From IMG/VR virus record IMGVR_UViG_3300027969_002800, positions 32,001-96,000 of that record: a stretch of 64,000 nt of DNA. One strand, given 5' to 3'. Below are positions 20,356-28,750 of the stretch, in pieces. The notes beneath the pieces were generated by a model. That model did no database searches. It was not told the origin of the DNA and saw nothing but the letters and a program-made list of their open reading frames with translations. The translations under genes were made by a program, and so were the position numbers. The stretch's first letter is position 1. Every line of letters starts with the position of its first letter. The stretch comes from a virus.

Positions 20356-20483
20356 TGAGAAGATGTAATGATGTATATGAAATAGTAACTGTTTACTATC
20401 CCACTGGTTGTGTTAATACAACTAGAACCACTACATCTACATCTACTACATTAACACCAACTACTACTACAGCAGCACCATAA
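20355..20483 (+). CDS. Small Cys + Thr-rich peptide (42 aa)
   Basis: MRRCNDVYEIVTVYYPTGCVNTTRTTTSTSTTLTPTTTTAAP; TAATG overlap with the upstream stop; not in the ORF track. Confidence 0.6.
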   Translation: MRRCNDVYEIVTVYYPTGCVNTTRTTTSTSTTLTPTTTTAAP

Positions 20484-20493
20484 TAATATAAAA

Positions 20494-20868
20494 ATGGCTA
20501 TACCAAGTAAACAAATAGGTGGAAGTGTAAACTATAATCTTCTTTGGCAGATATCCAAGCAATTAGAACAATTGATTTGTATTAGGTCTGGAAATTGTAC
20601 TACCACTACCACTACAACAGCAGTGCCAGTTTATTCTTTTGAATTATCATATAATACCGATAGTAAAGGATTTGCATGTGCCAGTCCTTTTTTAAGTACT
20701 TATTACTCATCATCTACTTCACTAATTAATGGTGTAATTTTATACACTGATTATGCTTTAGGTATTGTTGCACCTAATGGATGGTATGCAAATGCAGATA
20801 CGAATGTTGCATATGAAATAACTAATGGTGAGGGTGTGATTACTACTGCAACATATTGTGAAGAATAA
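20494..20868 (+). CDS. Thr-tract protein (putative virion decoration)
   Basis: MAIPSKQIG..LLWQISKQLE N-terminus, CTTTTTTT linker, beta-rich C-terminal domain. Confidence 0.55.
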   Translation: MAIPSKQIGGSVNYNLLWQISKQLEQLICIRSGNCTTTTTTTAVPVYSFELSYNTDSKGFACASPFLSTYYSSSTSLINGVILYTDYALGIVAPNGWYANADTNVAYEITNGEGVITTATYCEE

Positions 20869-20888
20869 TAAATAAAAACCAACTACAT

Positions 20889-21905
20889 ATGAAAGATTTA
20901 AAATTTGTGCAAAGCTGCCCAAGTGATGTATATTACACATGGCAAGTACATTTATGGCTTGAGAGCTTAAGAAACATTGGACATAGTGATAAAGCTATAT
21001 CAGTGATATTCACACCCAAGGGGAGAGAGAATAGAGACAAATGGAAACAGATAGAAGACCTCTATCCAGAATCAGAGTTTCATTATTACAATGATGAAGA
21101 CAATTTAAATCAACTGTTAGGAATATATATTCCTGTACTAAGACCATATGTACTTTGGAAACATTTCAAAGCTAATCCAGAACTAAGTGAGAAAGCAATA
21201 TTCTATTGTGATTCAGATATTCTATTCACTAAAGATTTTAATGTAGATGAGTTCTTAGATGATAATGTTAACTACCTATCAGATACAAACAGCTACATCA
21301 ATGCTACATATTTTGATAGTAAAGAAAGAGATGTTCTCCCAGAGAAGCTAGAAGCATACAAAACAAGAGATGTTCTTGGAGAAATAGCTAGTGTTATTGG
21401 TATAGATAGAGCAACATGTGAAGCTAACAATCTACACTCAGGAGGAGCACAATATCTACTAAAGAATGTAGATGGTGAGTTCTGGAGTAAGGTGATGAAT
21501 GATTGCATTCTTATTAGAACATATTTACAGAATGTAAATAGAGAGTTCTTTAAAGATGAGAATACAGGTTATCAATCATGGTGTGCAGATATGTGGGCTG
21601 TTCTTTGGAACTTATGGTTTAGAGAACAAGAAACAAAAGTGGTTCCTGAACTAGCGTTCACCTGGGCAACAGACCCAATATCTAAACTAGAATCTCACAC
21701 AATCTTTCATAATGCAGGAATAACAGGAGTATCAATGAATGGATATCCTTGTTTCTACAAAGGAAAATATCATCAAGGAACTGATCCTACAAAAGATCCT
21801 CACTTAGATGATGTATTAAACAATATAGAATCACAGAAGTATTGTACATGGTTCTATGCAAACGAACTTAACAACATAAAGCAAAAATATAAACTTAATT
21901 ATTAA
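20889..21905 (+). CDS. GT-A fold glycosyltransferase resembling peptidyl-Ser/Hyp O-glycosyltransferases (SERGT/HPAT-like)
   Basis: YYTWQ..LRPY..FYCDSDILF (DxD)..SWCADMWA parallels the YFDWQ..NKP..LDADMI..WISEMY pattern recalled for the GT95/GT96 families. Confidence 0.6.
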   Translation: MKDLKFVQSCPSDVYYTWQVHLWLESLRNIGHSDKAISVIFTPKGRENRDKWKQIEDLYPESEFHYYNDEDNLNQLLGIYIPVLRPYVLWKHFKANPELSEKAIFYCDSDILFTKDFNVDEFLDDNVNYLSDTNSYINATYFDSKERDVLPEKLEAYKTRDVLGEIASVIGIDRATCEANNLHSGGAQYLLKNVDGEFWSKVMNDCILIRTYLQNVNREFFKDENTGYQSWCADMWAVLWNLWFREQETKVVPELAFTWATDPISKLESHTIFHNAGITGVSMNGYPCFYKGKYHQGTDPTKDPHLDDVLNNIESQKYCTWFYANELNNIKQKYKLNY

Positions 21906-21922
21906 TAACAAAAACAATTATC

Positions 21923-22156
21923 ATGAGTAACAAGAGAGACCTTAAGGCCTATGTAAGATTCGATGGATCTGGCAGAATTGTAGCAGGAAGTTTAGTCCTA
22001 AGAAGAAGTAAACCAAAGGTTGGTAAATGGCAAGAAATTACAGCATACGAATGTTGTAACTATATTCCTACTACTACCACAACAACAACAGCAGCACCTA
22101 CAACTAGTACAACTACTACAGCAGCTCCTACAACAACTACAACAACCACCGTTTAA
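21923..22156 (+). CDS. Small protein: conserved ~40-aa module + poly-Thr tail
   Basis: LKAYVRFDGSGRIVAGSLVLRRSKPKVGKWQE, then ECCNYIPTTTTTTTAAPTTSTTTTAAPTTTTTTTV. Confidence 0.65.
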   Translation: MSNKRDLKAYVRFDGSGRIVAGSLVLRRSKPKVGKWQEITAYECCNYIPTTTTTTTAAPTTSTTTTAAPTTTTTTTV

Positions 22157-22166
22157 TATTTAAACT

Positions 22167-22598
22167 ATGGCACTAAAATCACTATTTCCAGAAGAAATGA
22201 TGGAAGGTAAATCAGGAGGGGGTAGTGGGCTAACGCTAGAGACTATCGCTGGGAAGTTATCATACTTCTACGAACAATTACATTTGTTACATTTTCAAAC
22301 TACATCATTTGCTGAGCATGAAGCTTTAGGTAAGATATATGATAAGGTGGGAGATTTCCAAGATGAAATCATAGAGAAGATTATGGGATATTCAGGAAAG
22401 AGAGTTAGAGCATACAAGATTGATGCTTTAAAAGATTATTCAGGAGGTATGCCTAACACAGTGGTAAAAGAGTTAGTTACATTTGCTAAACAATTAGAAG
22501 AGTTTGGAGAAGCTAACAATATGCCAGACATAGAGAATGTTGCTCAATCATTAAGCGGAGAAGCAGCTCAAACTCTTTATAGATTAACCCTTTCATAA
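22167..22598 (+). CDS. Ferritin/Dps-like protein
   Basis: LHLLHFQTTSFAEHEALGKIYD..QDEIIEKIMG four-helix-bundle metal ligands; ends LYRLTLS. Confidence 0.75.
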   Translation: MALKSLFPEEMMEGKSGGGSGLTLETIAGKLSYFYEQLHLLHFQTTSFAEHEALGKIYDKVGDFQDEIIEKIMGYSGKRVRAYKIDALKDYSGGMPNTVVKELVTFAKQLEEFGEANNMPDIENVAQSLSGEAAQTLYRLTLS

Positions 22599-22886
22599 AT
22601 GGAGATTAACAGAAAACATTTTCCAAGTGTAATGCAAGATAATGATGAAATCTTTTTTGCACATTTCGAGGGGATTGTAAATTCTGTTGATGAGTTATGT
22701 AGTCTAGAGATAACTAAGTTATCAAATAGTTATAAATTTCGTATAGCTGCAAGTCTTCCTAAGTATAACAATATGCTTATAGAAGAAGTGCTAAAGTTTT
22801 GTAACATGTTCAACATTAGAGTGGATATGAGTAAGAGTATTAAAACAAGTTCAGTAATAACTTTTGAAATAAATTTGCAAGTGTAA
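22599..22886 (+). CDS. Hypothetical protein
   Basis: 95-aa ORF abutting the previous gene. Confidence 0.5.
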   Translation: MEINRKHFPSVMQDNDEIFFAHFEGIVNSVDELCSLEITKLSNSYKFRIAASLPKYNNMLIEEVLKFCNMFNIRVDMSKSIKTSSVITFEINLQV

Positions 22887-22910
22887 CAAATTCTTTCTAC
22901 ATTTGTTACA
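22882..22910 (+). promoter_or_regulatory. Inverted repeat TGTAACAAAT-N9-ATTTGTTACA overlapping a TACATTTG -7 box
   Basis: Perfect 10-bp arms; TAnnTTTG at 22898-22905. Confidence 0.55.
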
Positions 22911-22939
22911 ATTATAAACCAATTAAACATTTTTACATT

Positions 22940-23194
22940 ATGGCAGATTACAATCCTAATGCACGTTACACATGGACTCCTGAAGACAAGTTTGAATTAT
23001 CAGGACAAGAATTTGGTCTATTCCTTAACATGGTTAGATCTTATTTAGCATCAGAAGATGGCGCACGTTTTCAATTAATGTCTCAAGCTAATGAAGCAAT
23101 TGAGAAAATCATGAAAGCTGGTGTTGAAGCAGATGTTATCAAGGAAGTGTCAGACACTCCTACAGAAGCTCTAGAAGCTGAGGTTATGGAATAA
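22940..23194 (+). CDS. Hypothetical acidic protein
   Basis: 84 aa, downstream of the promoter box. Confidence 0.55.
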   Translation: MADYNPNARYTWTPEDKFELSGQEFGLFLNMVRSYLASEDGARFQLMSQANEAIEKIMKAGVEADVIKEVSDTPTEALEAEVME

Positions 23195-23251
23195 CACAAG
23201 AATGCTGTTGGGTGAAGAATAACAGCACATTTCTAAAAAAAGCACTTCTCT

Positions 23252-23452
23252 ATGAGAATATACGAACCAAAGAATAGAATAGATGTTACAACACCCAAGG
23301 GAGAGGGAATCATATGGTTAGTGACTGAACTAGGTCATGAAACTGATACCATCTATACAATTATAATAAACACTACAGGTGAGATGTGGCAATACACTCA
23401 CAAAGATATAATCGTTAAACCCAATATAACATTTAAACGCTATGGCAATTAA
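23252..23452 (+). CDS. Hypothetical protein
   Basis: 66 aa; VTTPKGEG..TGEMWQ motif seen in phage ORFs. Confidence 0.5.
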   Translation: MRIYEPKNRIDVTTPKGEGIIWLVTELGHETDTIYTIIINTTGEMWQYTHKDIIVKPNITFKRYGN

Positions 23453-23648
23453 AAAGAAAAATGGTGGAAGTCTAACTGGACTTAAAGCCTCCAACAAAAG
23501 AGTTGGTCCTGTAGATCCTAATGGAGCATACACAAAAGTTCAAAAGAAAACATTAGCTGGTGCTAAAGGAAAAGTTTCTCTTACCAAAGACAAACAACTT
23601 GGTGCTACAAAGATGGCTAAGTGTGGAGCTAAAATGTCTAAGAAATAA
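23442..23648 (+). CDS. Small Lys-rich basic protein
   Basis: Very basic; ends AKCGAKMSKK. Confidence 0.55.
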   Translation: MAIKKKNGGSLTGLKASNKRVGPVDPNGAYTKVQKKTLAGAKGKVSLTKDKQLGATKMAKCGAKMSKK

Positions 23649-23809
23649 TGGCTACTGATAAAAAGTGGATTCAATCTGCAACAGCCTCTATAAAAAAAAG
23701 AGGAACTGCTGGGAAATGCACACCCATCACAAAAAAGGGGTGTTCTGGAAAAGCTAAAACTTTAGCTCTTACATTCAAAAAAATTGCTAAATCTAACAAA
23801 AAGAAATAA
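23648..23809 (+). CDS. Small Lys-rich basic protein (53 aa, MATDKKWIQSA...LALTFKKIAKSNKKK)
   Basis: TAATG overlap; KWIQ..LA.TFKK pattern; not in the ORF track. Confidence 0.6.
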   Translation: MATDKKWIQSATASIKKRGTAGKCTPITKKGCSGKAKTLALTFKKIAKSNKKK

Positions 23810-23811
23810 TC

Positions 23812-24453
23812 ATGGCAATTACTAAAGTACCTAATGGTCCTCTTATTAAACCTAAAGGTCCATTTAAAGGAAGTACATTGAAAGCTGGTGGTAAGATAAT
23901 CAAGAAAGCTCAGAATGGTAAAACTTGGCAAAGTATGTCTCAACCTGAAAAGGCAAGTAAAATAGCTGAGTTAAAGCAAAAAGGAGGATTTGAGAACGTT
24001 AAGAGATATAAAGACTCAATAAGTACAGATGCTGAAAATAGACGTAATGCAGCATTTCAAAAAAATGCAGATGTTAGAGGACTAACTGTAGAACAGTTAA
24101 GACAAGCTAATAAAAAAGACGAACGTAAGCCTGACTTAACACCGAAGGGTGATTATAAAATGAGAGAAACCAAAAGTGCTAATACAGATGGCCCAAGTTT
24201 ATTAAGTAGATTAAATCCACTTGGAGACAAAGCTAGATGTATTTATACTAATAATCGTGGTAAGGCTGAAACAAAAGCTAATGGTGGAAAGGTTAAGAAA
24301 GCTAAAGCTGGAGCAATGATTAAACGTGCTGATGGTTCATTCTCTAAACCTGGTCTTTGGGATAATATCCGTAAGAATAAAGGATCTGGAAAGAAACCTA
24401 CTAAGCAAATGTTAGTGCAAGAAAAGAAAATAAAAGCTAAATCTAAAAAATAA
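23812..24453 (+). CDS. Lys-rich protein with repeated KxGG/AxxG motifs
   Basis: LKAGGKIIKKAQNGK, KANGGKVKKAKAGAM and GLWDNIRKNKGSG motifs. Confidence 0.6.
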   Translation: MAITKVPNGPLIKPKGPFKGSTLKAGGKIIKKAQNGKTWQSMSQPEKASKIAELKQKGGFENVKRYKDSISTDAENRRNAAFQKNADVRGLTVEQLRQANKKDERKPDLTPKGDYKMRETKSANTDGPSLLSRLNPLGDKARCIYTNNRGKAETKANGGKVKKAKAGAMIKRADGSFSKPGLWDNIRKNKGSGKKPTKQMLVQEKKIKAKSKK

Positions 24454-25463
24454 TGGCAAATTGTAAAAATTGTAATTCTAAGCTAAAAGCATATGCTAGA
24501 ATTGATGGAACAAACACACTTGTTTCAGGAAGTCTTGTTTTAAGATTAACAAAACCTAAAGTTGGAAACTGGAAAGAAGTACAACCTATAGAATATTTTA
24601 ATAAAACTTCTCAACATTATCTTGACATAGTACAAGCTACATATCCAGATGCTAAATTAGCTAACACTGTTGCTATTAAGTTAGAACAATTTCTTTCTGA
24701 TAGAGGAATTTATGCTAACAATACAGTTTTAAATTACACTTCATGTTCAGATGATGTTAATGCTCCTGAGTTTGCTAACATATTTAATATAGGTCAAACT
24801 CCTCCAGCATTAAATGAATTCCTTGGACCATTTATGGGTGGTGGTTTAGCAGGTTATCCTCATACAGGTGCTTTAGGATTACAAGCTTGGCAAAGTCATG
24901 CTACAACAGATACTCCTATTGATGGGCCTTTATTATTAATTAATATGCCTCACATAGGTGTTACACAACAAGCTGATCTTGTTGCTAGTAATGATAATGT
25001 GGGTAGAATGTTAAGAAGAGGAAAAACTTCTGCTACAGCAGATAATACATGTGGAGCTGTAGTTACAGCTGCTCAATGGGTTATGACTAATACAGCTAGT
25101 GGGCCTACTCCAGTGAGAGGTGCAGGTGTATTTGCTAATAATGACCAATACTTCACTCTTGCCACTATATTATGGGCAAATAGATCTACATTATGTAATT
25201 CTACTAATAACTTTGTACTAGATCCTACTAAATATAGTGCTGGTGTTAAATTAGCTACAGAATATATTAGAGCAAAAAGTTTTACTGATTTAAAAAATAC
25301 TTTAATACCTGTTCTTATAGGACAAAAGAATTTATATTTCCTAACTGCTACATTTATTAATACTGACGATGAGTGGGCTCCTTGTATTGATTTTAAAGAA
25401 TTATGGCTTTGGGATTCAGGAGCTTGGACAAATCTTACAACACAATTTAATACATATTTATAA
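24453..25463 (+). CDS. LCIB-family beta-carbonic-anhydrase-like protein with an N-terminal module shared with ORF 21923
   Basis: SCSDD, GGLAGYPHTG..A..SHA, PHIG, GRMLRRGK and TCGA reproduce the Cys/His/Cys zinc-ligand pattern recalled for LCIB/LCIC. Confidence 0.65.
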   Translation: MANCKNCNSKLKAYARIDGTNTLVSGSLVLRLTKPKVGNWKEVQPIEYFNKTSQHYLDIVQATYPDAKLANTVAIKLEQFLSDRGIYANNTVLNYTSCSDDVNAPEFANIFNIGQTPPALNEFLGPFMGGGLAGYPHTGALGLQAWQSHATTDTPIDGPLLLINMPHIGVTQQADLVASNDNVGRMLRRGKTSATADNTCGAVVTAAQWVMTNTASGPTPVRGAGVFANNDQYFTLATILWANRSTLCNSTNNFVLDPTKYSAGVKLATEYIRAKSFTDLKNTLIPVLIGQKNLYFLTATFINTDDEWAPCIDFKELWLWDSGAWTNLTTQFNTYL

Positions 25464-25741
25464 TGGCAACAGCAGCTTGGACACGTAAAGAAGGAAAGAA
25501 TCCTTCTGGTGGATTAAACGCTAAAGGAATAGCATCATATAGAGCGGCAAACCCAGGAAGCAAGCTCAAAAAAGCTGTTACGACTAAACCTTCCAAACTT
25601 AAAGCTGGAAGTAAAGATGCAAAGCGAAGAGCATCTTTTTGTAGTAGAATGTCTGGGATGAAGAAGAAAAATACATCTTCTAAGACAGCTAAAGATCCTA
25701 ATAGTAGAATCAATAAATCATTAAGAAAATGGAACTGTTAA
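25463..25741 (+). CDS. Small basic phage protein (DUF6321-like)
   Basis: AWTRKEGKNPSGGLNAKG..RRASFCSRM..SLRKWNC; family name recalled, not searched. Confidence 0.65.
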   Translation: MATAAWTRKEGKNPSGGLNAKGIASYRAANPGSKLKKAVTTKPSKLKAGSKDAKRRASFCSRMSGMKKKNTSSKTAKDPNSRINKSLRKWNC

Positions 25742-25806
25742 ACAAAAATGGGAAGCCTAGTCCTCCCCCTCCTCCTGGATTATAACAACTAAACAATAAA
25801 TATATT

Positions 25807-26328
25807 ATGTCACAACCTAAAAAACCTGCAAAAGCAGAAAGTACAGTCATAAAACCTATGGCTAAAAAAGATAGATTTAAAAATCTAGGTGGAGAAATTG
25901 GAAATCCTCCTTTCCCAAATGGAAGAAAAAATATGCCTTACGCACCTACCAAAATGGGTGGTGCTAAGAATGGTAAAACTATGAGCAAAGCTAAAGATGG
26001 TAAATCATTTCCTGATCTTAACAAAGATGGAAAGATTACTAAAGCAGACATCCTTAAAGGACGTGGTGTTATAGCTAAGAAAGGTGCTACAATTAAGAAA
26101 GCACAATCTGGTATTAATACATTATTACCTGGTGGATATGCTCCTAAATCAAGAGAAGAAAAATACAACAACTATCCTAGTTCTAAATCTGCACCTAAAG
26201 CTAAAGCTAAACCTAAATCATCTATACAAGAAGCTACTCCTCAAGAAGTAAAAAAATATGGAATGATGGGTTCACAACAGGCTAAATCAGGAGCTAAAAT
26301 GAAGAAATGCAAATACGGTTGTAACTAA
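25807..26328 (+). CDS. Lys-rich protein with an EF-hand/dockerin-like loop
   Basis: FPDLNKDGKITKADIL; repeated AK.G motifs. Confidence 0.6.
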   Translation: MSQPKKPAKAESTVIKPMAKKDRFKNLGGEIGNPPFPNGRKNMPYAPTKMGGAKNGKTMSKAKDGKSFPDLNKDGKITKADILKGRGVIAKKGATIKKAQSGINTLLPGGYAPKSREEKYNNYPSSKSAPKAKAKPKSSIQEATPQEVKKYGMMGSQQAKSGAKMKKCKYGCN

Positions 26329-26489
26329 TGACTTCTGGTAAAGCAAAGAAATCAGGAGCACCAAGAAAAGCTCCAAAGGTCTCTATTCCTAGAAAGGACA
26401 AACCTTTTTCAAAGACTAAGTCTATGGATGATAAAGCTATCAGAACTTCTCCTCAGCAACCAATGAAGCAAAAGAGATTATCAAAATAA
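26328..26489 (+). CDS. Small Lys-rich basic protein (53 aa)
   Basis: MTSGKAKKSGAPRKAPK...; TAATG overlap; not in the ORF track. Confidence 0.55.
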   Translation: MTSGKAKKSGAPRKAPKVSIPRKDKPFSKTKSMDDKAIRTSPQQPMKQKRLSK

Positions 26490-26545
26490 TTTAATGTGCC
26501 CCTCCTAATGTTAGTTCGTTAGGACCTAAGACTACTGATCTTATC

Positions 26546-26581
26546 AAAAAAGAAAGCCCTTATTTCAAGGGCTTTTTTTTA
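26546..26581. terminator. Bidirectional intrinsic terminator at the convergence of the + and - gene blocks
   Basis: AAAGCCCTT-ATTTC-AAGGGCTTT hairpin with an A-run before and a T-run after. Confidence 0.85.
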
Positions 26582-27226
26582 TGATCTATATTTATTATAA
26601 TAAACATTACCTTCTAATAATTTGTATCTTATACCAAACTTATGCAATAGATACGGAAGACTAAGTTGATCTTGAACAGACCATATGCAATTATGATAGA
26701 ACCACTCTTTCATTAAATTGTATTGTCTATTAGCTATAACATTCTTAGAATATATGAATGTACCACACTCAAATAGAATATTGTCTACCCACGTAACATC
26801 TTTAGAATAACTCTGCACCTGTTCTATCATTCTTTCTCCCTCATATCTATCAATAAGATATTGATTACCTGTATCAATTAAGCTAATAACATAATCTAGC
26901 TCTTGCTTAACAGAACTTCTTCCTGAATGTTTAAAGAAACATGCATCTGTGTCAATACATTCATCTACCATTCTTTCTATAGCCAATGGATCTGATATTG
27001 AGAAACCAGAATCTATCCATATATAATAGTCATAATCTGGATGATCTTCCCAAACTATCATTTTAGGTATTTTACCACGTAGTCTAGGTAACATAGCTTT
27101 TTGTCTAGGAGATTCTGTTTGATCATCTATTCTATTAAATACTATTTCATACTTATCAGATTTTTGATCTACCCATCTAGAATATAATCCACTTCCAAAT
27201 GAAGCTGTTGTTACTAGCACTCTCAT
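26579..27226 (-). CDS. Glycosyltransferase-like protein (DUF616/TOD1-MUCI70-like)
   Basis: KIPK..YDYYIWIDS..FFKHSGR..QDQLSLPY motifs. Confidence 0.65.
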   Translation of the reverse strand: MRVLVTTASFGSGLYSRWVDQKSDKYEIVFNRIDDQTESPRQKAMLPRLRGKIPKMIVWEDHPDYDYYIWIDSGFSISDPLAIERMVDECIDTDACFFKHSGRSSVKQELDYVISLIDTGNQYLIDRYEGERMIEQVQSYSKDVTWVDNILFECGTFIYSKNVIANRQYNLMKEWFYHNCIWSVQDQLSLPYLLHKFGIRYKLLEGNVYYNKYRS

Positions 27227-27975
27227 TGTTTATTTACAAAATCTTTTAACATTTGTGCATAATCTTTATTCCAATGAGGATTTAAATGAACATCTCCTGT
27301 AGGTATTAGATTTCTTTGTCTTAAGTTTTCTATATATTCACTATGTCTTTGTATGATGTTAGGCTTATCTGCAGTGTCTGTACCTTGTCCAGATTGATGA
27401 TATCCTCTACCACCCCACATATAAAACCAAGAAGCTTCTGAGTCAGGCATTTTTGCATCAATAACATATTCTTTACCAAAGGAATGTATTCTATTAACTA
27501 ATGTTGTATCTCCTCCAGCATTCTCTATAGGACTCTTACCAATTGCTTCCCAAACTTTTTTACTGTATACAATACCTGAGTTACCAATTCCCATTATCTT
27601 TGTTATACTAGGCTCATTGTAATACACACCTGTTTCCCAATGTAAGATGTTAGTATCTTCTTTCCAAAATTTAGCTATGTTGGATAAATGATTAGACAAA
27701 GCTACATCATCATCATCCCATACAGCTATTAGTTCTCCAGAACATCTTTCTATAGCATAGTTTTCTTTATCCCCAATTGTAGGGAATGTTTCATCTAGAT
27801 TATAGATTTTGATTTCTGGGTGATCGTATATTAACTTCTGAAGAGGGTAGTCATTAACTATGATTAGTTCTTTCTTACCTGGATACTCTTGTAGGAGGAA
27901 ACTTTGTATAGCTTCCTCCAGAGTATCTACTCTTCCATAAGTGATGCATTTAGCAGATATGAAAGGATATTGCAT
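27223..27975 (-). CDS. Glycosyltransferase family 2
   Basis: ISAKCITYGR..LEEAIQS..ELIIVND..IAVWDDDD. Confidence 0.85.
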   Translation of the reverse strand: MQYPFISAKCITYGRVDTLEEAIQSFLLQEYPGKKELIIVNDYPLQKLIYDHPEIKIYNLDETFPTIGDKENYAIERCSGELIAVWDDDDVALSNHLSNIAKFWKEDTNILHWETGVYYNEPSITKIMGIGNSGIVYSKKVWEAIGKSPIENAGGDTTLVNRIHSFGKEYVIDAKMPDSEASWFYMWGGRGYHQSGQGTDTADKPNIIQRHSEYIENLRQRNLIPTGDVHLNPHWNKDYAQMLKDFVNKQ

Positions 27976-27977
27976 AA

Positions 27978-28280
27978 TTACCAGATGTGAATTATACTAA
28001 AATAAGGAATCATAGCTACACTAAAATCTTCAAATTCAAAAGGAACTTCATATATTGTTGCTAATGCAGAAGGTTCTACCAGTACAAAACATCCTTCTAC
28101 TAAATCTGTATCTGTAATACCTGTACCTACAGAAAATACTTCCAGCTTAGGCATTTTTTTAATTAAAGCTTTCTCTAAAGCTTCTTTAGTATTTTCATCT
28201 ACTATAATTTTACCTTCAATTTTTTTAGGAATTTTAATATACACTCTTGTTCCTAATAATTTTTTAAATCCTTTTTCCAT
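27978..28280 (-). CDS. GroES-like co-chaperonin
   Basis: KKLLGTRVYI..IIV..EVFSVGTG..EGCFVLV pattern; about 100 aa. Confidence 0.5.
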   Translation of the reverse strand: MEKGFKKLLGTRVYIKIPKKIEGKIIVDENTKEALEKALIKKMPKLEVFSVGTGITDTDLVEGCFVLVEPSALATIYEVPFEFEDFSVAMIPYFSIIHIW

Positions 28281-28299
28281 AATTGTTTTGTTTTAATTG

Positions 28300-28482
28300 T
28301 TATACACTTACTACTAATGTCCAAACATTAGATATTGATGGTGGGAACTTTTCCCCTTTTGTCAAAGCTATAAATTCTTTGCCACTTCTGAACAATCCAC
28401 TAACTCTTGTTCTTTGTCCTGTTTTTGCACTGATGTTTTCACTGCTTAGCTCTAGTAGAGCTAATAATAATTGTTTAATCAT
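28300..28482 (-). CDS. Small protein, YjzC-like
   Basis: KTGQ..SG..IALTKGEKFPP..W motif; start probably at MIKQ. Confidence 0.45.
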   Translation of the reverse strand: MIKQLLLALLELSSENISAKTGQRTRVSGLFRSGKEFIALTKGEKFPPSISNVWTLVVSV

Positions 28483-28486
28483 AGTT

Positions 28487-28750
28487 TTAGTTATTAAGTT
28501 CTTTTGAATCATTTATCTCTGTAAGAATAGCTTTGTATTTATCTAATGGCATAGATCCAGACACTCTGTGCACCTCTTTACCATCTCTTAAGAAAACTAA
28601 TGTAGGAACACTACGTACATTGTACTTCATAGCTGTTTCCATATCTTTTTCAATATCTATGTTAGTTATACCAATTACATCCTTTAATGTAGATGCTAAC
28701 ACTTTACATGGTCCACATGTAACCATTGAAAATTTAAGTACTTCTATCAT
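28487..28750 (-). CDS. trxA: Thioredoxin
   Basis: CGPC active site; VRSVPTLVF. Confidence 0.88.
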   Translation of the reverse strand: MIEVLKFSMVTCGPCKVLASTLKDVIGITNIDIEKDMETAMKYNVRSVPTLVFLRDGKEVHRVSGSMPLDKYKAILTEINDSKELNN

